Shown here in pieces: positions 51,347-60,939 of a stretch of DNA of 64,000 bases. The DNA is from a virus. A program made the position numbers and the translations under genes. The notes under the pieces are model-generated. The model ran no database searches. It saw only the letters and a list, made by a program, of their open reading frames with translations, and was not told the origin of the DNA. Location of the stretch: IMG/VR virus record IMGVR_UViG_3300047323_000304, positions 129,898-193,897 of that record; one strand, given 5' to 3'. How positions within the stretch are numbered: position 1 is the stretch's first letter; every line of letters begins with the position of its first letter.

Positions 51347-53448
51347 AAAGTATTTTAAATACTTTAGGATACGAAAGTATAGATGATTATGACAATAAAA
51401 TAATCACTACTTTATCAAGTTATATAGAGAAAACACCTAACAATGATGGATTAGTAGATTATAAAGATATTAAAACTACATATTTTTTAGAAAATGACAA
51501 ATGGCACATAGGATTTTTTAACGGTATAGAACAATTTAAAAAACAAATTGAAAACTACAAATATTCAAATAAAAATATATCTTTCTCCTTTAACAATGTG
51601 AATATAAAAAATGAAACTAAATTTATAGTTTATAATAAATTATTTTCGGATGAATGGAGTTTTTACTCAGTTATAAATGGACAAATGCAATTCATAAGAA
51701 GGTTAATGGAATTTATAAATGAAAAGCATCATGATTTAAATTCATTACTTGACTTGGATTTAAATAAAACAAATATTCAATGGATAGACTGGCTTAATAG
51801 TCGCAATATTAAAACCATAACAACTACAAAACTTATAGAGAAAGAGTATCAGAATAAAACTGCTATTTCCAACTTTTTAGAAATTACATATAAAACCTTA
51901 TTTAATCTAACAGATGAGCGAGAAGAATGGGAAAAAGATATTTGGAATGTAAGAAATTTAGAGCGATATGGAATAACTTATAATAAATCAATAACGATAT
52001 ATATTATTGATTTTACTAAAATCAATAATATCAAAATTAGGAGTGAAGTTAAGAAATATATTAAACAAAGATTAATTTCTAACAATAAATTTTCTTGGTC
52101 TTCAGCAAGGAATTACATGTTTCATTTGCCAAACTTTATAAATTTTATCTGTGAATTAGAGCCTACTTGGGATGATTTAAAAGGATTAGAAAGGTATCAT
52201 ATAGAAAAATATTTAGAATGGTTGAACATTTATGTAAAAAAATTAATTCAAAAAAATGCTAATCCTCAACAATATATAAGAATGGCATTATCTTATATAC
52301 AAAAGTTTTTATCTGATATTCAAATTAGAGAATATGATATTTCTCCTATAAAAAATATTAGAATATTAATATTTCCATCAGATAAACCTATTATTAAGAA
52401 AAAGCCATACGACCAAATAGACTATGTTCCAGATATAGTTTTAGAACAGTTATTTAAAAATATAAATAATCTTCATAAAGAAGTTGTTCCCGTTGTTTGG
52501 ACTATGTACAAAACAGGGCTTAGAATATCTGATGTATTAGGGCTGAAACAAGATTGTTTAGTCAAATTGAATAATAAGTTTTGGATAGAAACTGATATAG
52601 AAAAAACTTATGTTCAAGGTCATAGAATACCTATTGATGATGAACTTGCTAATATGTTAGCAGTTTTAATTGATAATGCTAAGAGAAATAGCAATCAAGA
52701 TAATAACACTGAAAATTATATCTTCGTAAGATACAAAGGTAGTAGAAAAGGAAAACCTTATGGTAGTTATTGGAGCCAAACAAAACTTAATATATTAGCA
52801 AAAGATTACGATATTACAGATGAACTTGGAAATAGATATCATTTTAAAAATCACGCTTTCAGACATACCTATGCTATCAAAATGCTTAATGGTGGTGCCG
52901 ATATATTTACGGTTCAAGAATTGTTAGCACATGCTTCCCCTGAAATGACTATGAGATATGCAAGATTACTTGATGATACTAAAAGAAAAGTGTTTGATAA
53001 TGCAATAAAACAAGGTGTATTTAGTTTTGATGAAGGTGACAAGTTAAAGGAAGAAAATAATGGAGAAATACCTTCTGATGTTCTTGACATGCTTTGGACT
53101 AATCATAAGTTAAATGCTATTGATACTCCTTATGGAACTTGTTTACAAAGAACTAATGGTAAGTGTCAATTTGCAAAGCAACCACCTTGTCTAACCTGTA
53201 ATAGCGGTAATCCTTGTAGAGATTTATGTGTTGGAGCATTTGAAGGTGATATTAAAAAATATGAAATACTAATAAATTCAACAAAATCTCTTATAGGAAG
53301 TGCTAAAGTTTATAATAGAACAGAAATGTCTAAAGAAAATGAAGAATTGCTTAATTTATATGAAGATATTCACTCTAAAATAATGGAAGGAAATATAATT
53401 TATAGTAGATTAGATAGGTTAAAGAAAACGGGTGATAAAAATGACTAA
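51343..53448 (+). CDS. Tn554 TnpB-like large tyrosine recombinase
   Basis: TGLRISDV, HAFRHT, LLAHASPEMTMRYA; C-terminal Cys cluster. Confidence 0.9.
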   Translation: MKSILNTLGYESIDDYDNKIITTLSSYIEKTPNNDGLVDYKDIKTTYFLENDKWHIGFFNGIEQFKKQIENYKYSNKNISFSFNNVNIKNETKFIVYNKLFSDEWSFYSVINGQMQFIRRLMEFINEKHHDLNSLLDLDLNKTNIQWIDWLNSRNIKTITTTKLIEKEYQNKTAISNFLEITYKTLFNLTDEREEWEKDIWNVRNLERYGITYNKSITIYIIDFTKINNIKIRSEVKKYIKQRLISNNKFSWSSARNYMFHLPNFINFICELEPTWDDLKGLERYHIEKYLEWLNIYVKKLIQKNANPQQYIRMALSYIQKFLSDIQIREYDISPIKNIRILIFPSDKPIIKKKPYDQIDYVPDIVLEQLFKNINNLHKEVVPVVWTMYKTGLRISDVLGLKQDCLVKLNNKFWIETDIEKTYVQGHRIPIDDELANMLAVLIDNAKRNSNQDNNTENYIFVRYKGSRKGKPYGSYWSQTKLNILAKDYDITDELGNRYHFKNHAFRHTYAIKMLNGGADIFTVQELLAHASPEMTMRYARLLDDTKRKVFDNAIKQGVFSFDEGDKLKEENNGEIPSDVLDMLWTNHKLNAIDTPYGTCLQRTNGKCQFAKQPPCLTCNSGNPCRDLCVGAFEGDIKKYEILINSTKSLIGSAKVYNRTEMSKENEELLNLYEDIHSKIMEGNIIYSRLDRLKKTGDKND

Positions 53449-53821
53449 TTTTAATCGTAAAGAGCAATTAAAACAACTTCATGAAGAACGTAAAGTTAAG
53501 ACACAACAAAAGGTAGATGAAGCAATTAAACGTCTTATTAAATATCAAAAGCCTATTAATTTTAATAGTGTTGCTAATGAGAGTGGTGTTACAAAGGCTA
53601 CTCTTTATAATAATCCAAATATCAAAGAAAGAATTGAAGGACTTAGATTACAACAATCTAAAGTTCCTACTCCATCTCAAGTAAAAAGAGAAATGGATGA
53701 GAATAATAAAGATGCTATTATTGCAAGTTTAAAGAGAAGAATTAAAAAATTAGAAGAAGAAAATAAAGAACTTAAAGAACAAGTTAAAATAAGTTATGCG
53801 GATATATATAAACAAATATAA
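53432..53821 (+). CDS. Tn554 TnpC-like protein
   Basis: AIKRL..PINFNSVANESGVTKATLY...ERIEGLR; coiled-coil tail. Confidence 0.85.
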   Translation: MIKMTNFNRKEQLKQLHEERKVKTQQKVDEAIKRLIKYQKPINFNSVANESGVTKATLYNNPNIKERIEGLRLQQSKVPTPSQVKREMDENNKDAIIASLKRRIKKLEEENKELKEQVKISYADIYKQI

Positions 53822-54109
53822 TTTTATAGAAAATAATGGTATAATTTATACATGAATTGTTTCGTACTCGTAATCTTTAATGCAACTTTTGGCTGATAAT
53901 ATTCCTTGATTTTATGACGAATAGTGAAAAAAATGCGTCTTAGCTATTGGAATGGAAAACACGAATCATGATCTTCGGAAATTTAATAATGCGGTGTAAA
54001 AAAACAAAAGCATATACTATATTTTACAAGAAAAGTCACTAGTGAAGAAAAGTGGTACGTATATATGTAAAGATGCTATAATCATTATTAGTTAATTCAA
54101 AGTGCTAGA

Positions 54110-54922
54110 ATGTTTCTAGTGAATAACGAGGGGGCAATTAAAATGAGAATACCAATTTATCAGATTGATGCATTTACAAATGAACAATTTAAAGGTAATC
54201 CTGCCGCAGTATGTCCATTAGAAGAATGGATAAAAGATGATTTAATGCAGAAGATTGCTGCAGAGAATAATTTATCTGAAACTGCCTTTTTTGTAAAAAA
54301 TGGTGATGAATATGAGTTGAGATGGTTTACTCCAAAAGGGGAAATAGACTTGTGTGGACACGCTACATTAGCAACCGCTTATGTAATATTTACTTATCTA
54401 GATAAATCTATAATGAATATAAAATTTAATACCAAAAGTGGAATTTTAGAAGTATCTAAGGAAGGAGGCTTATTAGCAATGATTTTTCCTTCTAGAGAAG
54501 GAGAAAAGTGTAATATTCCAGAGTCACTTATTAAAGGTTTAGGAAAGCGACCAAAAGAGGTATACAAATCAAGAGACTATATGGCGGTGTTCGAAACTGA
54601 ACAAGATATAATTAATCTTGAATTAAATATGGATGATCTAAAAAAACTAGATGGATTTGGCGTAATAGTAACAGCAAAAGGAAATGAAGTAGATTTTGTA
54701 TCAAGAGCATTTGGACCAAAAGCAGGAATAGATGAGGATCCAGTTACTGGTTCAGCTCATTGTACATTAGTACCATATTGGAAAAATGTATTAGGTAAAA
54801 ATGAATTTGTTGCATTACAATTATCAGAAAGAGGTGGAAAACTTTTTTGTACTGATTTAGGTGAAATGGTAAAAATCTCCGGAGAAGTGGCATCTTATTT
54901 AGAAGGATATATAAATGTTTAG
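54110..54922 (+). CDS. PhzF-family isomerase/epimerase
   Basis: QIDAFT..GNPAAV, NLSETAF, DLCGHATLA, EDPVTGSAHC; likely start at MRIP. Confidence 0.92.
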   Translation: MFLVNNEGAIKMRIPIYQIDAFTNEQFKGNPAAVCPLEEWIKDDLMQKIAAENNLSETAFFVKNGDEYELRWFTPKGEIDLCGHATLATAYVIFTYLDKSIMNIKFNTKSGILEVSKEGGLLAMIFPSREGEKCNIPESLIKGLGKRPKEVYKSRDYMAVFETEQDIINLELNMDDLKKLDGFGVIVTAKGNEVDFVSRAFGPKAGIDEDPVTGSAHCTLVPYWKNVLGKNEFVALQLSERGGKLFCTDLGEMVKISGEVASYLEGYINV

Positions 54923-55253
54923 ACATATGTAGTCTTTTTAATAATTTAGTTTACAATCTGAAGATTTAAGCGTCACAACTATAAAACCGAATAATAACCA
55001 CAAATGCCGTATTATTCACTAGTGAGTTTTACAGCATTTTTACGTCGCATTTCAAACTATGTGTCTATCTATTGTAAATTTACGATAGATAGACTTTCTT
55101 CTTATATTACGAAACAAAACCAGCAAATTATTTGCTGGTTTTTATATTGCTTACAAATTATACATATATAGTTTGTATAAATAAAGTAATATTAATATTT
55201 TTTTCAATTAGGTCTTGATAATTTTATGTAGACTCCCAAATAAGTATATGATT

Positions 55254-56759
55254 TTAAATATATTGAAATGTATATCCTTTATATTGCTTTCTTTTACCTA
55301 GACAAACAGTTGATATCATACTTTGAATTAACTTCGTTCCAAATCTTTTTATAGACTGTCTTTCTAATTCTGTGGCAGAAGGGAATATACCAAGACTAAT
55401 TCCATCTTTAAATATTTCTACTTGTTTAGAACATCTCTCTTGATTTCTAATTCCATTATTCTTATTATTCTTTTGTTTTTCTTCGTCGGAATCATAATGA
55501 CACCAACCAAGTTTGTTTCCTGATTTGAGCCATTCAATAATTGTACTTCTATCTATTCCCTTTTCTTCTACTATTGTCGTAGTTGTTAATTCTGGATTAT
55601 TATTTTTCATCTCACATATTTCTTTAGCCAAATTTGATAAAGCGAATTCATTACACCTATTCCAATCAATTTTATTTAAATCAAATAATTTATTTAGTGT
55701 TTTATTAGTTACTATATTTTGTTTAATGAATTCAAATCTTTTGTGTGTTCTATAATCACAATCAATTCTAATAACCTTAATACCATGTAATCTTGCTTGT
55801 TCATCTTTGTAATTATCTATAGCCTTTGATTCTTCTTTAGTTTGTCCACTCATTTTGTTATCATTATTGTGAAATTGTCCGTCCATTTCTATAATATACT
55901 TTTTATTGTTATATATAAAATAATTATCATAAGACATTTTTTCTATCCAATCTGGGGAATATTCATGTTCTATATAATAAAAATTATATATATTATCTAA
56001 TTGATTCAATAACTCATAAGAAAACTTATTAGGATATTTTATACCATCAGAACATGTACAACCTATTGAATGTCTTCTATAAATATCTCCTATAATCATC
56101 GGTTTATTTTTAATTATTGAACAACTTGGACAAATAGGGTATATTTTTCTATGACTATTATAGGTATACATTTTAGCTTCGTCATATCCATTTTGGAAAT
56201 ATGGAATCATCCAAGGAGAAGTAGATACGATTGAATTTATGTTTTCTACAACAACTTTATTGTCACAACAGGAGCATCCCCCATGATTGTTTAAATGAGA
56301 TTCATCAATCCATAATTCATCTTGATATAAATCACCCTTATAATGCTCACCACAATCAAAACCACATTTTTTGCACTTGTACTTATAATATTTTCTAGTT
56401 ATAACACTTTTGTCTTTTATTTTCTTTCTATCAGTTATTGTGATATCTCTTTTATCATCTTGAAATCTAGTGCCTATCTCTATTTTAAAAGCTGAAGTTT
56501 TTGTACCAATTATGTTACCAACTTTACTCTTCAAAAAGCAACTAGTTTTAATTTTATACTCTTCATATTCATATAATACTACTAATATTTGTCCTTTTGT
56601 AATATAATTTATTATCTCAATCCACCCTTCAATATTATCATAGACAAATTTAATTTTAGAACTTATACACTCTTTCCAATTAATTTTACCTTTGCATCTT
56701 CCTTCTGTATATTTAGGTAACTCCTCTAGAAATACTTTCCTAACTTTCTTCTCTTCCAT
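55254..56759 (-). CDS. Zn-ribbon / PD-(D/E)xK (DUF559-like) endonuclease with HTH and NUMOD1 tail
   Basis: CKKCGFDCG, CSCC, ICPSC, CTCSDG..YPNKF, IIEMDGQFH..D..K..GIKVIRI, C-terminal KQVEIF..YKGYTFQY. Confidence 0.75.
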   Translation of the reverse strand: MEEKKVRKVFLEELPKYTEGRCKGKINWKECISSKIKFVYDNIEGWIEIINYITKGQILVVLYEYEEYKIKTSCFLKSKVGNIIGTKTSAFKIEIGTRFQDDKRDITITDRKKIKDKSVITRKYYKYKCKKCGFDCGEHYKGDLYQDELWIDESHLNNHGGCSCCDNKVVVENINSIVSTSPWMIPYFQNGYDEAKMYTYNSHRKIYPICPSCSIIKNKPMIIGDIYRRHSIGCTCSDGIKYPNKFSYELLNQLDNIYNFYYIEHEYSPDWIEKMSYDNYFIYNNKKYIIEMDGQFHNNDNKMSGQTKEESKAIDNYKDEQARLHGIKVIRIDCDYRTHKRFEFIKQNIVTNKTLNKLFDLNKIDWNRCNEFALSNLAKEICEMKNNNPELTTTTIVEEKGIDRSTIIEWLKSGNKLGWCHYDSDEEKQKNNKNNGIRNQERCSKQVEIFKDGISLGIFPSATELERQSIKRFGTKLIQSMISTVCLGKRKQYKGYTFQYI

Positions 56760-56885
56760 TAATAATCAATCCTTTCAATATGTATTATAATTTATTTATC
56801 AATCCTAAAAATAGTAGGGAAGTAGCGATTGATTTTCTACTTGTCATTTGGTTAATTACTCCAAACTATCCATATTGATAGTATA
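56757..56885 (-). repeat. 129-bp leader repeat, copy 1
   Basis: exact reverse complement of 60811-60939; runs from the -10 box (TATACT) to the ATG. Confidence 0.9.
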
Positions 56886-57101
56886 TCACTTACCAAGTTA
56901 CTTGTCAAGTGTATTCTTTTTATTTTATTTAATTATAAAAACACGCTATTTTTATACCATTTTTAAGCGAAAAATCATTAAAAATTATGTAAAATTGAGT
57001 GTTTTTCAGTAAAATTTATCAATATATTTGATTTAATTGGTATCATTTTAATACATATCGAATAGTATAGACTATAAGATACTTCAAAAGGAGTAAAGAA
57101 A

Positions 57102-57275
57102 ATGCCACAAATATTAAGTGTATTAGAAATATTTTTAGTATCAAATCTAATTGCATATACTGTTCATTGTATAAAAGGACATAGTAGTAAAGAAAAAATT
57201 GAAATAATGTCAGTAAGAAGTGAATTACGAAAATTTAAAAAATTAGACGAATCCGACAAAAAATCTATATTTTAA
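57102..57275 (+). CDS. small membrane-anchored protein (57 aa, below the track cutoff)
   Basis: AGGAG RBS; hydrophobic N-terminus MPQILSVLEIFLVSNLIAY. Confidence 0.55.
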   Translation: MPQILSVLEIFLVSNLIAYTVHCIKGHSSKEKIEIMSVRSELRKFKKLDESDKKSIF

Positions 57276-57346
57276 AAAATAGTAGTAACACATTAATAGT
57301 TTAGCACATAGTATATATTATAAGAATTTAAGAAAGGAGAAATAAA

Positions 57347-58750
57347 ATGCTTCTATATGAGGAAATTAAACTAGTTTGTAAAATGATTAGCAATAATAAA
57401 CCTTGCCTACCTAAACAAAAAGCAGTAATAAATAAATTTAAACGTGATTGGAAAAGAATTATGGCTTTCTCTGGACTTTATAATGCTATGAAATTTACTT
57501 ATAGTCCTAATAGGATAAAAATAACTAATTATGGGCTAGAGACATCTATATATATAGTTCCTCCTTTAACTTTTAGTAAAATCAATGAATTAAGAGATAT
57601 GTTACAAGAGAATTTAGGATGTATGATTTTGTTTAATCACTCTAAAGTATCCCCTTTTATAAATGCAAAATTTATATTTAATCCACATGATGAAGATACT
57701 TATAAAGTAGTTAAACAAAAGTATCCTTGGGAAATCTATATTGGTAACAATTATGCAGGAGAACCTATACTTGTAGATATAAATAAATATGTTCATATAG
57801 GAGAATATGGAGGGACACGTTCGGGAAAATCAGTACAACAATCAGTTATACTAACAAACTTAATAGCGAATATATCACCTAAAGATGTAAATCTATATTT
57901 ATGTCAGGCTAGTAAGTCAGATTTAATACTGTTTAAGGCATGTGAACATACTAAGGCATTTGCGCAGACTTTAGAAGAAATATGGACTATATTGGATTAT
58001 TTAGTTAACACAGAAATGCCAAGAAGATCAAATTTAATAGAACCTTACAGAGAATGTGCTAAAGCAAGTAATTATAAAGATTATAATAAACTTAAGAAAA
58101 CTGAAAAAATGGTAATGACTTATGTAGTATTCGACGAAACTTCTTCTTTATTCCAAGAGCAAAATAAAGAAACTAAAACAATAAAAAGTGAAATAGAATT
58201 TTTCATGGAAGAAATAGCTAGAACAGGGGCTAGTCTTGGTATCGTACTTCTTGTATCTTTGCAAAGACCAACAAAAGAAAACATGAATACCACAATTAAA
58301 AGTCAGTGTACTACTACAATATCATTCAGACAAAATAATTCGGTTTCTAGTAATGTTGCAATAGATGATTCCAGTATTGCGATGGGATTAGAGATGCGTG
58401 AATTTGTTTATAGATTGGCTTCAAAAGATGTAGAATATGGTATTGTTCCATGGGTTAAAGATATAGAACTTCAAGAAATAATAAAACCATATAAGAAGCC
58501 ACACAGAACCCTATTTGATGACTTAGAAAAATTATCACATAGAAATGGTGTTAAAAAGAATAAAGAAAGTCTAGTAGAAATAGGAACTCATATGAAAACC
58601 GAAAAGGAAATACTTGAAGAGAATAAAGCCAAAAATCCTAATTGGGTAGATTGGCAAAACCCCACAGGAATGACTATTATAAATGATACTAAACTATCAT
58701 CCAATAAAACAGATAAACCAATAAATAATGGGAGGGAAAAAATATGCTGA
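57347..58750 (+). CDS. FtsK/SpoIIIE-family ATPase
   Basis: HIGEYGGTRSGKS Walker A, YVVFDE Walker B, LLVSLQRP. Confidence 0.88.
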   Translation: MLLYEEIKLVCKMISNNKPCLPKQKAVINKFKRDWKRIMAFSGLYNAMKFTYSPNRIKITNYGLETSIYIVPPLTFSKINELRDMLQENLGCMILFNHSKVSPFINAKFIFNPHDEDTYKVVKQKYPWEIYIGNNYAGEPILVDINKYVHIGEYGGTRSGKSVQQSVILTNLIANISPKDVNLYLCQASKSDLILFKACEHTKAFAQTLEEIWTILDYLVNTEMPRRSNLIEPYRECAKASNYKDYNKLKKTEKMVMTYVVFDETSSLFQEQNKETKTIKSEIEFFMEEIARTGASLGIVLLVSLQRPTKENMNTTIKSQCTTTISFRQNNSVSSNVAIDDSSIAMGLEMREFVYRLASKDVEYGIVPWVKDIELQEIIKPYKKPHRTLFDDLEKLSHRNGVKKNKESLVEIGTHMKTEKEILEENKAKNPNWVDWQNPTGMTIINDTKLSSNKTDKPINNGREKIC

Positions 58751-59343
58751 CTCCAAGAGATAGGGAGATTATAAACTTTATAGATGATATAGGTTATTCT
58801 ACCATACAAAACATTGCAGATTTGTTTTTTAGTCAAAATAGATTCTCATATGATCTTAGTCGTAAAAGACTTAAAAAGATAAAAGAAATGGGAAATTATA
58901 TAAGATGTTTCACTAATACTGAAACTACAGAAACAGTGTATATACCTTATGAATCTAATAAAAAGAAAGTATCAATCCATGATGTAATGGTATTAAACTA
59001 TATATGCAAATTAAAATTAATAGGATGTAATATAGAAAAAACTGAAATAGAACCAATGTTTAATAATACTGTAAAACCTGACGCACTTGTACAATTTGTA
59101 TTTAATGGATATAGATTTTATCAATTAATAGAGATGCAGATTAGACATAATTTAATAGATTTAGATAGATATAATAAAAAAGGTGTCATGAATTCTATAC
59201 TAGACAAGACTAATAACACTATACCCAAGCTAATAATAATTCAAGATACTAAGATAAACTATGCAGATAACAATCCAACTCAATTAGATATTATTCAAAT
59301 GGATACATCTATTGAGGACATAGCCAAAGTAATTATGGATTAG
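58744..59343 (+). CDS. replication-relaxation family protein
   Basis: LTPRDREII..IDD..STIQ...RKRL..H..VKPDA..LIEMQ; overlaps the FtsK stop. Confidence 0.65.
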   Translation: MLTPRDREIINFIDDIGYSTIQNIADLFFSQNRFSYDLSRKRLKKIKEMGNYIRCFTNTETTETVYIPYESNKKKVSIHDVMVLNYICKLKLIGCNIEKTEIEPMFNNTVKPDALVQFVFNGYRFYQLIEMQIRHNLIDLDRYNKKGVMNSILDKTNNTIPKLIIIQDTKINYADNNPTQLDIIQMDTSIEDIAKVIMD

Positions 59344-59684
59344 AATTACTCCCTCCTATAAGGGAATTACATATCAAAAGATGAAGATTATTCTGATTGC
59401 AAAAGATAGATATATGTCGTAAGTCTAAAGGCTAATATTTGATTGCTTGATTTATAATATGTGTTGATGGAGCATTTATAATTATATAGTGGCTTATATA
59501 CTAGGTATTGAGTTGTAGTGAAGTTTATATACTTAGTCTTAGCTAGTATATAGTATATGAAGTTACTATATAATTATAGATATTATCATTAACATGGTGT
59601 TATAAATTATAGGCAATTATGATATTAACTTGATAAACTTCTGATTAAATAATCTTATTTCTTAAGAGATATGAAATTAACTTT

Positions 59685-59987
59685 ATGAAGGAGGTATTCT
59701 TTATGATAGAATACATAATACACTTGTTGTTAAAAACAATACTAATACTTGGACTTGCCAATATAGCATTAGCTTTTGTTCCATCTCCAATAAGAAAAAC
59801 AATTATAGGAACATTTAAATTTGCATATAAGATTACTAATTTTGTAGTAACTCAACTTAAAAAAGTTGTCAAGAATATTTATGCAAACTACAAAGAAATT
59901 GAACAACCTAAAAAAAGAAAGTATACTCCACGTAAAAGGAATACTAACTCTAAGGTTATCCAATTTCCAAAGAAAAACATACAATAA
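59685..59987 (+). CDS. small membrane protein
   Basis: N-terminal TM segment, basic tail ending VIQFPK. Confidence 0.6.
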   Translation: MKEVFFMIEYIIHLLLKTILILGLANIALAFVPSPIRKTIIGTFKFAYKITNFVVTQLKKVVKNIYANYKEIEQPKKRKYTPRKRNTNSKVIQFPKKNIQ

Positions 59988-60289
59988 TATTATTTTTAAG
60001 AAGATTGATTAATTTCTTTCTTCTCTTCCTATAATAGTATTATTGACAAATATAAAATTAATATACATTAAGGAGAAATAATTTTATGAAAATAGTTAAA
60101 TTTAAATATTTTAAGAAAGACTATAGAAAATATTATAATGAAGATAGCAATTGTATTTCAATAAGAACTGAAGATAAAATGCAAGAAACTTTGTTTGATA
60201 TTTATGATACAGATGATTTTGAAATAGACTATGAGAAGGAAATAATAGAATTGTATTAAATTTTAATAATAATTAGGAGAGAATGTATT

Positions 60290-60475
60290 ATGACATCAAC
60301 AATAATAGCTGGACTTACTGGACTAGGAGTAGCAAGTATAATAGGAGAAAAGATATTAAATAATATGGGTAAAATTGAAATGGGAAGTTTCGTAGGATTG
60401 GCAGGATACTCACAATTAGCAATTTCTGCAATTTCAGGTGTTGTAAAATTAATTTCAGTAATAGCTAAGATATAA
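60290..60475 (+). CDS. SpoIIIAC-like two-helix membrane protein
   Basis: G.GV...EKIL..MGK.E...VGLAG pattern. Confidence 0.5.
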   Translation: MTSTIIAGLTGLGVASIIGEKILNNMGKIEMGSFVGLAGYSQLAISAISGVVKLISVIAKI

Positions 60476-60488
60476 GGTAGGTAATATT

Positions 60489-60713
60489 ATGGGAACAATG
60501 TTATCTAATGTAATTGGTGTAGGATGTGCTGGTTTTATATCATCTAAAGTATTTAAATGCTTAGGGAAACCTGAATTCAGTGAATTAATGATGCTTTGTG
60601 CATGGGTAGGAATAGGAATATATTTTTTTACATGGTTAAATGGAGTTAGTTTTACTGTAAGTAATAGTTGGTTTGGAGATTTGGTTAAGTGGTGTGCTAG
60701 TTTAACAAATTAA
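60489..60713 (+). CDS. SpoIIIAC/AD-like membrane protein
   Basis: IGVG...KVF..LGK.E..LM...VG pattern, paralogous in layout to the 60290 ORF. Confidence 0.45.
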   Translation: MGTMLSNVIGVGCAGFISSKVFKCLGKPEFSELMMLCAWVGIGIYFFTWLNGVSFTVSNSWFGDLVKWCASLTN

Positions 60714-60810
60714 TGACACTTATTTTAAGGGTTGTATTATTGCAACCCTTTTTAATTTTTTGTATAAACAAAATAAAAATAATATAGTTTACAAACAATA
60801 TGGTAAATAG

Positions 60811-60939
60811 TATACTATCAATATGGATAGTTTGGAGTAATTAACCAAATGACAAGTAGAAAATCAATCGCTACTTCCCTACTATTTTTAGGATTGATAA
60901 ATAAATTATAATACATATTGAAAGGATTGATTATTAATG
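60811..60939 (+). repeat. 129-bp leader repeat, copy 2
   Basis: identical to the reverse complement of 56757-56885. Confidence 0.9.

Larger units (their letters stand above)
50040..55100 (+). mobile_element. Tn554-like tyrosine-recombinase transposon with PhzF cargo; ends approximate
   Basis: tnpA-tnpB-tnpC size and order (376/701/129 aa) with overlapping starts and stops, plus a cargo gene. Confidence 0.75.
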
